DNA of 64,000 nucleotides from Chloroflexota bacterium. GTDB taxonomy: Bacteria > Chloroflexota > Limnocylindria > Limnocylindrales > CSP1-4. How positions within the stretch are numbered: the stretch's first letter is position 1; each line of letters begins with the position of its first letter. The stretch spans positions 18,113 through 82,112 of the forward strand of contig JANYJG010000061.1 in the NCBI GenBank assembly GCA_025358515.1, read 5' to 3'. Under the pieces are notes generated by a model. That model saw only the letters and a list, made by a program, of their open reading frames with translations, made no database searches and had not been told where the DNA came from. The translations under genes were made by a program, and so were the position numbers. This document shows, piece after piece, positions 1-8,385 of this stretch.

Positions 1-1
1 C

Positions 2-637
2 GACCAGGGCGCCGGCTTCCGCAGCGTCACAGAGAACCGCTTCACCGGCGCCAACCACGACTACGTCCGTGACGACAGCCACGCCTTCATCCTGCGCGAG
101 CCGTCGCGCTGCATCGACTGCGGGCGTTGCGCCTCCGTTTGCGCCGATGTGGTTGGCGCGGCCTGCTACGACTTCATGCGAATCGGCTTCGACACGCTGG
201 TCACGACGCCGCTTGACATGAGCCTGAACGATACCCCGTGCGTTTCCTGCGGACGGTGTGCCGAGACGTGCCCGACGGGCGCACTCATGCCCAAGCCACG
301 CGTCCTGGAGAAGTACGACGTGGACGAGAGCCGCTGCATCCTGTGCGGTATCTGCGTCGACGCGTGCCCCTACGACGCTCTGCGAGGCGGCCAGGACGAC
401 GAGTTGGCCCACACCGACCGATCGCAGCCGATGATCGACCTCATCAGCATCGCCGCCCTGGACCGCGAGACCGAGGTCACCTACATCCAGCACGAACGCG
501 ACTGGCTTGCCCGAGCCCTGGCCGAGGGCCGCTTGGAGGATCCGGCGGAGAAGCTGCCGGGCCTGCCACGATCACTCGCGACCGCGTACGGCGACCGTGG
601 CGACCGTGGCGAGCGCAACGAGTCGGACGGACAATGA
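2..637 (+). CDS. nuoI: Complex I Fe-S subunit, NuoI-like with an extra N-terminal cluster motif; 5' end cut by the window
   Basis: Frame 2 is open from base 2. Cys motifs are CIDCGRCASVC and CVSCGRCAETCP, then KYDVDESRCILCGICVDACPYDAL (NuoI-type spacing). It lies directly upstream of nuoJKLMN. The C-terminal tail is charged (DRGDRGERNESDGQ). Confidence 0.6.
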   Translation, partial: DQGAGFRSVTENRFTGANHDYVRDDSHAFILREPSRCIDCGRCASVCADVVGAACYDFMRIGFDTLVTTPLDMSLNDTPCVSCGRCAETCPTGALMPKPRVLEKYDVDESRCILCGICVDACPYDALRGGQDDELAHTDRSQPMIDLISIAALDRETEVTYIQHERDWLARALAEGRLEDPAEKLPGLPRSLATAYGDRGDRGERNESDGQ

Positions 638-689
638 CCCAAGCGCTCGAGGCCGGAGTAGCGGCCCATCCTGAGGAGGGCGGCGAGAA

Positions 690-1238
690 ATGCCCATAGG
701 CAACACCGTCCCGCTGACCGCGGTCCGCTGGGATGACGTGCTGTTCCTTGTCCTGGCCGGGATGCTGCTCGGGTCGGCGCTGCTCGTCGTGACCATGCGC
801 GACATAATCCGCTGCGGCTTGGCGCTCATCACCTCGTTCGCTTCGCTGGCGGGCATTTACGTCCTGCTCGGCAATCCCCTCGTGGCGGCGGCGCAGGTGC
901 TGGTCTACATCGGGGCGATCAGCGTCCTGGTCCTGTTTGCAATCATGCTCACCCAGACCAAGAACGCACCGACCCGCCTTGCGTTCCAGACACAGGCCTG
1001 GGCCGCTGCCATCGTCGCCGTTGCCATCGCGGTACTCATTGCGGTGGCGGTCACGTCCACGGCTTGGCCAGACGCCGGTCAGCGCATCTGGACGACCACC
1101 GCAGATGTGGCCCGCATGCTATTCCGCGATTACGTGCTTCCGTTCGAGGCCGTCAGCGTCCTGCTCACCGCGGCCGTCATCGGAGCGGTGTACCTGGCCC
1201 GTAACGATTCCGGCCGCGCCGAGGAGGATGAGCAGTGA
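690..1238 (+). CDS. nuoJ: NADH-quinone oxidoreductase subunit J
   Basis: ATG at 690 is preceded by GAGGAGGG. The product is a 182-aa polytopic protein with VLVYIGAISVLVLFAIML, typical of NuoJ. Operon position fits. Confidence 0.9.
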   Translation: MPIGNTVPLTAVRWDDVLFLVLAGMLLGSALLVVTMRDIIRCGLALITSFASLAGIYVLLGNPLVAAAQVLVYIGAISVLVLFAIMLTQTKNAPTRLAFQTQAWAAAIVAVAIAVLIAVAVTSTAWPDAGQRIWTTTADVARMLFRDYVLPFEAVSVLLTAAVIGAVYLARNDSGRAEEDEQ

Positions 1239-1546
1239 GCGGTTCGCTGGACTCATATCTGGTCCTGTCGGGCCTGCTGTTCGCCATCGGAACCTTCGGG
1301 TTCCTGGCTCGCCGAAACGCCATCAGCATGCTGATGTCGATCGAGCTGATGCTCAACGCGGTCAATCTGACCGTGCTCGCTTTCGGCGCATTCGTGGCTC
1401 CGCTCAACAAGAACGCGTCGGTCATCGCCCTGCTGGTGATTGCCGTCGCCGCGGCCGAAGCCACGGTCGGTCTGGGAATCATCATGGCCATCTACCGCAA
1501 CCGCAAAACGCCGCTGGTCGATGAGTACGACTCGATGAGCGAATAG
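1235..1546 (+). CDS. nuoK: NADH-quinone oxidoreductase subunit K
   Basis: GTG start overlaps the nuoJ stop (GTGA). The product is 103 aa with 3 TM segments and the motif SIELMLNAVNLT. Confidence 0.93.
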   Translation: MSGSLDSYLVLSGLLFAIGTFGFLARRNAISMLMSIELMLNAVNLTVLAFGAFVAPLNKNASVIALLVIAVAAAEATVGLGIIMAIYRNRKTPLVDEYDSMSE

Positions 1547-1550
1547 CCCG

Positions 1551-3509
1551 ATGACCTCCCTCGTTCTGCTCATCCCTCTGCTGCCGCTCCTCGGCTTCGT
1601 CGCGACCGGCCTGTACGGCCGCCGCAACCCGGACGCGGCCCACCGGATCGCCATGGCGGCCGTCGTCGGATCCTGGCTGATCGCCTCGGTTGTGGCAGTC
1701 GTGGCGCTGGCTCATGCCTCTCCCTTCGGCGCCTCCAACGCCAGCATCACTGTCTGGCACTGGATTTCGGCCGTCGGGTTCCGCGCTGACGTCGGTTTCT
1801 ACGTCGATGCTTTGACGGCCTGCCTGCTGCTGGTGGTCACGACCATCGGCATGCTCGTCCACATCTACTCGCTCGGATACATGGCCCACGACCCGGGCCG
1901 CTGGCGCTTCTTCGCGTACCTGAACCTGTTCATGTTCTCGATGCTGGTTCTGGTCCTGGCGGACAACTTCCTGCTTGTGTTCGCCGGCTGGGAGCTGGTC
2001 GGCCTGTGCAGCTACCTGCTGATCGGATTCTGGTACCCACGCCGTTCCGCGGCCACCGCGGCCAAGAAGGCCTTCCTGGTCAACCGCGTCGGTGACATGG
2101 GCTTTGCCTTGGGCATCATGGCCATCTGGAGCCAGCTCGGGACGTTGAACATGCAGGAGGTCTTCGCCCGCTTCGGCTCTGTCTCGCACGAGTGGCAGAT
2201 CGCCATCGCCCTCCTCCTCCTGTGCGGCGCCATCGGCAAGAGCGCCCAATTCCCCCTCCACGTCTGGCTGCCGGACGCGATGGAAGGCCCTACGCCCGTC
2301 TCCGCCCTCATCCACGCAGCGACCATGGTCAATGCCGGCGTGTATCTCATAGCCCGCGCCAACCCGATCTTCGGGGCCGCGCCGGAGGTCATGGTCGTGG
2401 TCGCCGCGATCGGCATCTTCACTGCCATCCTGGCCGCCTCCATCGCATTCACCCAGACGGACATCAAGCGCGTCCTGGCCTATTCGACCCTGTCCCAGCT
2501 CGGCTACATGTTCGCCGCCCTGGGTGTTGGGGCGTGGACCGCGGCAATCTTCCACCTCATGAGCCATGGCTTCTTCAAGGGACTGCTCTTCCTGGGCAGC
2601 GGCTCCGTCATCCACGCCGTCGACGGCGAGCAGGACATGCGCAAGATGGGCGGCCTGTCGCGGAAGATACCGATCACCTACGCCACGATGCTCATCGGCT
2701 CGGTGGCGATCTCCGGCATCCCTCCGCTGGCGGGCTTCTTCTCCAAGGACGAAATCCTGGCAGGAGCGTTCAAGAATGGCTTCCTGTGGGTCTGGGCAGT
2801 GGGCTTCCTGGTAGCCGGCATGACCGCGTTCTACATGTTCCGCCTCATGGGCATGACCTTCTGGGGCCAGAGCCGCATCGATCCGTCAAAGGAACACCGC
2901 GTTCACGAGTCGCCGCATTCCATGACACGACCGCTCATTCTCCTGGCCATCCCGGCTGTGTTGCTGGGCATGGTCATTGGCCTCCCACCCGAATCGGGGC
3001 TGCTCCACACCTGGCTGACGCCGGTATTCCAAGGAACGATCGCCGCGAGCGGGCACGCCGAGGCGGCGTACTCCTTCTTCGGTATCGACGGCGCCCTGGC
3101 TATAGGCACGACGGTGTTCGTGGCCGTGGCGATCATGCTGGCCTGGCGGCTCTTCGGCGTAGAGATTCCAGAGCTGCGTCTGCGAGCCCAGCCTCGGCCT
3201 GAGTTGGTCGCTGCCGCCAGCGGCTCCACGGGCCTGGCGTTCCTGTACCGCGCCTCGTTGGCCAAGTGGTGGTTCGACGACATCAACCACGTGCTGTTCG
3301 TGGTCATCGGCAGCCGCCTCGCCTACGGCGCCTGGTGGTTCGACCGGACCGTCATCGATGGCACGGTCAACGGCGTCGGCACGCTCACCACCGGAGCCGG
3401 CGCCAGGCTACGGCGAGTCCAGACCGGCCGCGTCCAGAATTACGCTCTGGGCATCGCCCTGGGACTGATCGTCATGGTCGTCGCGTATCTCCTGATCGCG
3501 GCCCGGTAG
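1551..3509 (+). CDS. nuoL: NADH-quinone oxidoreductase subunit L
   Basis: 652-aa antiporter-like subunit. Motifs include FAGWELVGLCSYLLIGFWY and KSAQFPLHVWLPDAMEGPTPVSALIHAATMV. Confidence 0.95.
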   Translation: MTSLVLLIPLLPLLGFVATGLYGRRNPDAAHRIAMAAVVGSWLIASVVAVVALAHASPFGASNASITVWHWISAVGFRADVGFYVDALTACLLLVVTTIGMLVHIYSLGYMAHDPGRWRFFAYLNLFMFSMLVLVLADNFLLVFAGWELVGLCSYLLIGFWYPRRSAATAAKKAFLVNRVGDMGFALGIMAIWSQLGTLNMQEVFARFGSVSHEWQIAIALLLLCGAIGKSAQFPLHVWLPDAMEGPTPVSALIHAATMVNAGVYLIARANPIFGAAPEVMVVVAAIGIFTAILAASIAFTQTDIKRVLAYSTLSQLGYMFAALGVGAWTAAIFHLMSHGFFKGLLFLGSGSVIHAVDGEQDMRKMGGLSRKIPITYATMLIGSVAISGIPPLAGFFSKDEILAGAFKNGFLWVWAVGFLVAGMTAFYMFRLMGMTFWGQSRIDPSKEHRVHESPHSMTRPLILLAIPAVLLGMVIGLPPESGLLHTWLTPVFQGTIAASGHAEAAYSFFGIDGALAIGTTVFVAVAIMLAWRLFGVEIPELRLRAQPRPELVAAASGSTGLAFLYRASLAKWWFDDINHVLFVVIGSRLAYGAWWFDRTVIDGTVNGVGTLTTGAGARLRRVQTGRVQNYALGIALGLIVMVVAYLLIAAR

Positions 3510-3521
3510 GAGAGCCAGACG

Positions 3522-5054
3522 ATGAGCCTGTCCGACCTGCCGATCCTGAGCCTCATAACCTTCACCCCGGCCGTCGGGGCGCTGGTGGTTGCGTGCCTGC
3601 CGGGCAGCCGGCCAAACCTGGCCCGCTTCGTCGCCTTAGGGACCGCGCTGGTGGCCTGGGTCTTCTCGCTGCTCCTGCTGGCGTCATTCGCGTCCGCCCA
3701 GCCGGGCTTCCAGTTCAAGGAAGCTCTCGACTGGATTCCAAGTTTCGGCATCCAATACAAGGTCGGCGTTGACGGCATGAGCGTCCTGCTCGTGGTCCTT
3801 AGCACGACCTTGACGTGGATCAGCATTCTGGCCAGCTTCGGGCCGATAAAGGATCGGGTGAAGGGCTACATGATCTCCTTCCTCATCCTTGAGGTCGGCA
3901 TGATCGGCGTCTTCGTGGCCCTAGACCTCTTCCTGTTCTACATCTTCTGGGAGATCGTCCTGGTCCCGATGTACCTGATCATTGGCATCTGGGGCGGCGC
4001 CAACCGCATCTACGCGACGATGAAGTTCGTGCTGTACACGCTCGTCGGGTCGCTCCTGATGCTGGTCGCGATCCTGGCCACGGCCTTCGCCTACCAGGCC
4101 GCTCACGCCGGATCGTGGGCCGGCGCGTTCGACTACGAGCGGCTGCTGAGCTGGGCCGGAACCGCGCATTTCGCCTCGGACCTGCAGCTTCTGGCCTTCC
4201 TGGCGCTGTTCCTCGCCTTCGCCATAAAGGTCCCGATGTTCCCGTTCCATACCTGGCTGCCCGACGCTCACACGGAGGCTCCGACGGCTGGTTCGGTGAT
4301 CCTGGCCGGGGTTCTCCTCAAGCTCGGGGCTTACGGGCTCATCCGTTTCGCGGTGCCGCTCTTCCCCGACGCAGCCCATACATTCGCCTGGCCGATCATC
4401 GTCCTGTCCGTGATCGCGATCGTCTACGGCGCCGTGGTCTCGATCGTCCAGCCGGACCTCAAGCGACTGGTCGCCTACAGCTCCGTCAGCCACATGGGCT
4501 TCGTGACATTGGGCATCTTCGTATTCAGCGCCGCCGCCCTCCAAGGCGCCATTCTGCAGATGATCAACCACGGCTTGATCACGGGCGGGCTCTTCCTCCT
4601 GGTCGGTGTGATCTACGAGCGAACCCACGACCGAACGATCTCCAAGATGGGCGGTCTTGCGGCCGAGATGCCAATCTGGGCGACCGCCTTCGGCTTCTTC
4701 ATCCTGGCTTCCGCCGGTCTGCCGGGGCTCTCGGGCTTCGTCGGCGAATTCCTGGTCTTCGTCGGCTCCTTCACGTACGCACCCGGCATCGCGGTGGCCT
4801 CCATCATCGTTATGGTCCTTGGGGCCACGTACCTGCTGTGGATGTTCCAGCGCGTAGCCTTTGGACCGGTGTCCGACTTCTTGAACCGGATGCGCGGCCA
4901 CCTGACTGATATGTCGCGCGTCGAGCTAATCACCATCGCGCCGCTCGGCTTCCTGATCGTTGTTCTCGGGGTATTCCCGAGCCTCGTGCTCGATCTCCTG
5001 CGCGTCCCCGTCCAGGTCTTCATGGGCGCCGTCGGAGTGGGGATCAAACCATGA
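3522..5054 (+). CDS. nuoM: NADH-quinone oxidoreductase subunit M
   Basis: 510 aa. Motifs include FYIFWEIVLVPMYLIIGIWG and KVPMFPFHTWLPDAHTEAPTAGSVILAGVLLK. Confidence 0.95.
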   Translation: MSLSDLPILSLITFTPAVGALVVACLPGSRPNLARFVALGTALVAWVFSLLLLASFASAQPGFQFKEALDWIPSFGIQYKVGVDGMSVLLVVLSTTLTWISILASFGPIKDRVKGYMISFLILEVGMIGVFVALDLFLFYIFWEIVLVPMYLIIGIWGGANRIYATMKFVLYTLVGSLLMLVAILATAFAYQAAHAGSWAGAFDYERLLSWAGTAHFASDLQLLAFLALFLAFAIKVPMFPFHTWLPDAHTEAPTAGSVILAGVLLKLGAYGLIRFAVPLFPDAAHTFAWPIIVLSVIAIVYGAVVSIVQPDLKRLVAYSSVSHMGFVTLGIFVFSAAALQGAILQMINHGLITGGLFLLVGVIYERTHDRTISKMGGLAAEMPIWATAFGFFILASAGLPGLSGFVGEFLVFVGSFTYAPGIAVASIIVMVLGATYLLWMFQRVAFGPVSDFLNRMRGHLTDMSRVELITIAPLGFLIVVLGVFPSLVLDLLRVPVQVFMGAVGVGIKP

Positions 5055-5079
5055 CACGGGCTCTGAGTGGAGACGCGAG

Positions 5080-6543
5080 ATGAGTTGGAACGACCTCGGC
5101 ACCATCGCCCCGCTGGTCGCGGCCGTTCTGACCGCGGCGGCTGTGTTGATCGTGGATTTCATCGTTCCGGGTAACCGGCGCGCGGCGATCGGCACCGCCC
5201 TGGCCGGATTGGCGGTCGTGGCCGCGACGATCCTGGCCCTCGCCGGACGCACCCAGATGGCTTTCGGCGGCGCCTACTCGCTGGACAATCTGTCCACTTT
5301 CCTGGACTTGCTGTTCGTGGCCATAGCGGTCTTGACGATCCTGTTTGCCGGGGACTATCTTGCGCCGCGCGGCATGCCCATGGCCGAGTTCTGCGCGATC
5401 CTGATTTTCGCCATCACCGGCGCGATGCTGGTCGCCGGTTCCGCCGACCTGCTGCTGCTCTTCATCGCCCTCGAGTTGATGGTCCTGCCCGGGTACTTGC
5501 TGGCCGGTTTCGCCCGGCACGACCCCTACTCGACCGAGGGCGCGATCAAATACTTCCTGCTGGGCTCGTTCTCGAGCGCGATCTTGCTGTTCGGCCTGGC
5601 CTACGTTTGGGGCTACACCGGCAGCACCCGCGTTGACGTCGTCGCCGCCGCCCTGACCAGGGCAATCGCGACGGGCTCGATCCAGCCCGGCCTGGCGATG
5701 GGGCTGGCGTTCCTGTCCACCGGCGTCGCCTTCAAAATGGCCGCGGTCCCGTTCCACTACTGGACTCCGGACGCGTACCAGGGCTCGCCGACGCCCGTCA
5801 CCGCGTACCTCTCGGTTGGGCCCAAGATTGGGGCTTTCGCCATCGTCCTGCGCCTTTTCGTGGGCGCTCTGGAACCGCTCAAGGGCGATTGGCTGCCGGT
5901 GATGATCGTGCTGGCGGCCGCGACCATGACCATGGGCAACCTGGTGGCAATTACCCAGGACAACGTCAAACGGATGCTCGCCTACTCCTCGATCGCCCAC
6001 ACCGGCTACATCCTGGTCGGCCTGGCGGCATTCGCCGGCGGCGAGCACAGCGGCGTCTCCGCGATCCTCTTCTACGGTGCGGCCTACACGTTCATGAACA
6101 TGGGGGCCTTCGCCGTGATCACCGCCCTGCAGCGGCGACCCGGCGTGAGCAGCCACATCACGTCTTTCGCCGGGTTGGGTCGCCGAGATCCGTGGTTAGG
6201 GGCGCTGATGGCGCTCTTCCTGCTTTCTCTGACGGGCATCCCGCCCCTGGCCGGCTTCTGGGCGAAGGCCTATGTCATCGTCGCCGCCATCCAAGCCGGG
6301 AACCCGTGGCTCAACGCCCTGGCGGTCCTGGCGATGCTCAACGCCGCCGCCGCCGCGTTCTACTACCTGCGCGTGGTCGTCTACATGTACATGCGCGAGC
6401 CGGCCCAGGAGATCGCCCCTGTGACGACGGGACTGCTATTCCGCATCGGCCTGGCCGTGACGGGCGTCGTGACGCTGGTCTTCGGGCTCTTCCCGGTCGT
6501 CGTCACGGCCGTCTCCAATGCGGCTAACGTCTTCCACTCGTAA
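5080..6543 (+). CDS. nuoN: NADH-quinone oxidoreductase subunit N
   Basis: The ORF opens at 4960, but I chose ATG 5080 (MSWNDLGTIAPL), which lies just after the nuoM stop. Motifs include FKMAAVPFHYWTPDAYQGSPTPVTAYL. Confidence 0.92.
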   Translation: MSWNDLGTIAPLVAAVLTAAAVLIVDFIVPGNRRAAIGTALAGLAVVAATILALAGRTQMAFGGAYSLDNLSTFLDLLFVAIAVLTILFAGDYLAPRGMPMAEFCAILIFAITGAMLVAGSADLLLLFIALELMVLPGYLLAGFARHDPYSTEGAIKYFLLGSFSSAILLFGLAYVWGYTGSTRVDVVAAALTRAIATGSIQPGLAMGLAFLSTGVAFKMAAVPFHYWTPDAYQGSPTPVTAYLSVGPKIGAFAIVLRLFVGALEPLKGDWLPVMIVLAAATMTMGNLVAITQDNVKRMLAYSSIAHTGYILVGLAAFAGGEHSGVSAILFYGAAYTFMNMGAFAVITALQRRPGVSSHITSFAGLGRRDPWLGALMALFLLSLTGIPPLAGFWAKAYVIVAAIQAGNPWLNALAVLAMLNAAAAAFYYLRVVVYMYMREPAQEIAPVTTGLLFRIGLAVTGVVTLVFGLFPVVVTAVSNAANVFHS

Positions 6544-6571
6544 GTTCCACCGCCGCCCCGCACTACCAGCA

Positions 6572-6605
6572 GAAACGCCGCCGACCCGAAGGCCAGCGGC
6601 GTTTC
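6572..6605. terminator. Stem-loop after the nuo operon (GAAACGCCG ... CGGCGTTTC)
   Basis: 9-bp perfect stem seen directly, 29 nt after the nuoN stop. The T tract is weak (CTTAT). It also lies downstream of the convergent small ORF 6640..6879. Confidence 0.4.
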
Positions 6606-6639
6606 CTTATCGCGGTGTCGATTCCGAAGGAGCTTCGGT

Positions 6640-6879
6640 TCAGCCGTCTCCGATTGCGGGGATGGACGCGCCGGGTTGATCGCCGGCAGGCCCAGGAGTG
6701 GGCGTCGGCGTCACGACCGGAAGCGGAGTGGATGTGGCGGTCGGGACTGCCGCCGCGGTGGGCCTCGGCGGAAGGATTGGTTGCTGGGCGGGCCAGAGAG
6801 CCACAACGCCCGCGAAAACGAGGCCGGCCGTTAGGACTCCGGCAACGGCGCCGATAACAGGATTCATTCGACCTGACAT
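6640..6879 (-). CDS. Hypothetical small membrane-anchored Pro/Thr-rich protein
   Basis: 79 aa with one N-terminal TM (VIGAVAGVLTAGLVFAGVVAL) followed by a PT-rich tail. No clear SD. It could be spurious. Confidence 0.3.
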   Translation of the reverse strand: MSGRMNPVIGAVAGVLTAGLVFAGVVALWPAQQPILPPRPTAAAVPTATSTPLPVVTPTPTPGPAGDQPGASIPAIGDG

Positions 6880-6905
6880 AGATAGAGGTTACCAAGGATC
6901 GGGCC

Positions 6906-6921
6906 GGGCTGCCCAGCGCAG
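6906..6921. repeat. Left copy of the 16-bp direct repeat GGGCTGCCCAGCGCAG flanking the IS
   Basis: An identical 16-mer recurs at 8325..8340, immediately outside the inverted repeats. Confidence 0.85.
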
Positions 6922-8324
6922 TCTCGTTGGTCTGTGAATCTGTCAGTGCTAACTGTTCAGTGACTTTGTCAGTCTCCAGCTATGGAGACCATCACGATGT
7001 CCGTCACCGAACAGCGGAGAGCATTGGTTATGACCCGAGTCGTTGGGGGCGATCTCTCGCCTGGCGATGCCGCAGCGTCGCTCGGTTGCTCAGAACGCCA
7101 GATCTGGCGCCTGCTGAGCAAGTTTCGAGCGGCCGGACCGGCCGGTCTCGTCCACGGCAATCGGGGCAGAGCCAGCGAGCGCCGGGTCGATGACGACGTC
7201 GCACGTCGCGTGGTCGCGTTGGCGACTGGTCGCTACGCCGGAGCGAATGACACGCACCTCGCTGAGTTACTCGCTGAGCGCGAGGGGATCGGACTCAGCC
7301 GCTCGAGTGTTCGCCGGATCCTTCGAGCCGAGGGTATAGCCTCGCCCCGAAGGCGAAGGGCGCCGCGCCACCGCAGCCGTCGTGAGCGCATGGCCGCCGA
7401 AGGCCTGCTGCTCCAGCTCGACGGCAGCCGTCACCACTGGCTGGGTCCGGATCTGCCCAAACTCACGCTTGTGGGAGCCATCGACGATGCCACGAGCAAG
7501 GTGCCTGCGGCCACGTTTCGCGATCAGGAGGATGCGGCGGGCTATCTAGAGATCATGCGAGCCGTGGCCCTTGGTCCAGGGCTGCCCGGTGCCGTCTATC
7601 GAGACCGCCACTCAAGCTTCGAGCCGACCGCTTCGCGTCGCCGGGGGACGAACGCAGAAGAGCGAGCCCTGAGCCAGGTTGGACGAGCCCTGACCGAGAT
7701 CGGAGTTGTCTCGATCGCTGCGGGAAGCCCCCAGGCCAAGGGACGGATCGAACGGCTGTGGGGCACGCTGCAGGATCGGCTAATAATCGAACTGCGTCTG
7801 GCTGGTGCGACTAATCGAGATTCCGCCAACGCGGTCCTGGCCACTTTCCTGCCCGACTTCAACCGCCGCTTCGGCGTGCCCGCCGCCGACCCGGTCCCGG
7901 CGTGGCGCTCGTGGCCCGATGGGTTGGACCCCGATCGCGTCTTCGCCTTCAAGTACCGTCTCAAGGTCGCGAATGACGACACCGTCAACGTGGCTGGCCA
8001 ATCGATCCAGCTGCCTGCGGCACCTCGGCGGTTCGCCTACTCCGGCAAGATGGTTGAGGTTCACCTTCGGCTCGATGGCTCGATTGCCGTATTCGATGGC
8101 GAGCGAGAGCTTGTCACGGCGCCTGCGCCGCCTGACGCACGCAATCTTCGAACCTTGCAGAGCGACCGAGTCGAGCCGTCGCTAGTGCCGGCTCCTGCCT
8201 ATGTCCCCTACGTCCCACCGGTTGAGCATCCATGGAAGAGAATGACGGCTGCCCGCCGCGACAAGGCTCGGGCCCTGACAGATTCACTGAGCAGTTGAAC
8301 TGACAGGGTCACTGAACGTCGACA
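6922..8324 (+). mobile_element. Insertion sequence, about 1.4 kb, single DDE transposase (ISNCY/IS1202-like or IS481-like)
   Basis: The termini TCTCGTTGGTCTGTGAATCTGTCAG... and ...reverse complement TGTCGACGTTCAGTGACCCTGTCAG... align over about 50 bp with one indel (roughly 36/50 matches by hand). A 16-bp direct repeat flanks both ends. The transposase ORF fills the element. Confidence 0.8.
6982..8298 (+). CDS. Transposase, N-terminal HTH plus rve/integrase-core DDE domain
   Basis: 438 aa. HTH region: AAASLGCSERQIWRLLSKFRAAGPAGLVHGNRGR. Candidate catalytic residues lie in LQLDGSRHHW, VYRDRHSSF and KGRIERLWGTLQDRL. Confidence 0.9.
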   Translation: METITMSVTEQRRALVMTRVVGGDLSPGDAAASLGCSERQIWRLLSKFRAAGPAGLVHGNRGRASERRVDDDVARRVVALATGRYAGANDTHLAELLAEREGIGLSRSSVRRILRAEGIASPRRRRAPRHRSRRERMAAEGLLLQLDGSRHHWLGPDLPKLTLVGAIDDATSKVPAATFRDQEDAAGYLEIMRAVALGPGLPGAVYRDRHSSFEPTASRRRGTNAEERALSQVGRALTEIGVVSIAAGSPQAKGRIERLWGTLQDRLIIELRLAGATNRDSANAVLATFLPDFNRRFGVPAADPVPAWRSWPDGLDPDRVFAFKYRLKVANDDTVNVAGQSIQLPAAPRRFAYSGKMVEVHLRLDGSIAVFDGERELVTAPAPPDARNLRTLQSDRVEPSLVPAPAYVPYVPPVEHPWKRMTAARRDKARALTDSLSS

Positions 8325-8340
8325 GGGCTGCCCAGCGCAG
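8325..8340. repeat. Right copy of the 16-bp direct repeat GGGCTGCCCAGCGCAG
   Basis: Identical to 6906..6921. Confidence 0.85.
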
Positions 8341-8385
8341 CCGTCATGAGGCGCGCACGGCACGCGCCTGATAGCATGCCGGTCA

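Noticed and set aside
1482-2615. 377-aa ORF antisense to nuoL. Similar long antisense or out-of-frame ORFs occur at 3921-4901, 5044-6156, 17105-18802, 18439-19698, 19890-20975, 21654-22418, 23994-25022, 24452-25351, 37662-38303, 46683-47468, 47527-48795, 51400-52338, 52090-53232 and 60740-61882.
   Set aside because: These have Arg/Gly/Asp/His/Pro-rich low-complexity translations with no motifs. Each lies fully inside a strongly supported gene on the other strand or frame. This is the typical shadow-ORF pattern of high-GC DNA.
6563-6937. Overlapping ORFs 6563-6895 (minus), 6615-6857 (plus) and 6698-6937 (plus) next to the IS
   Set aside because: They are mutually exclusive with each other and with 6640-6879. 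Their translations are Arg-rich or low complexity. Only the TM-containing 79-aa frame was kept, and at low confidence.
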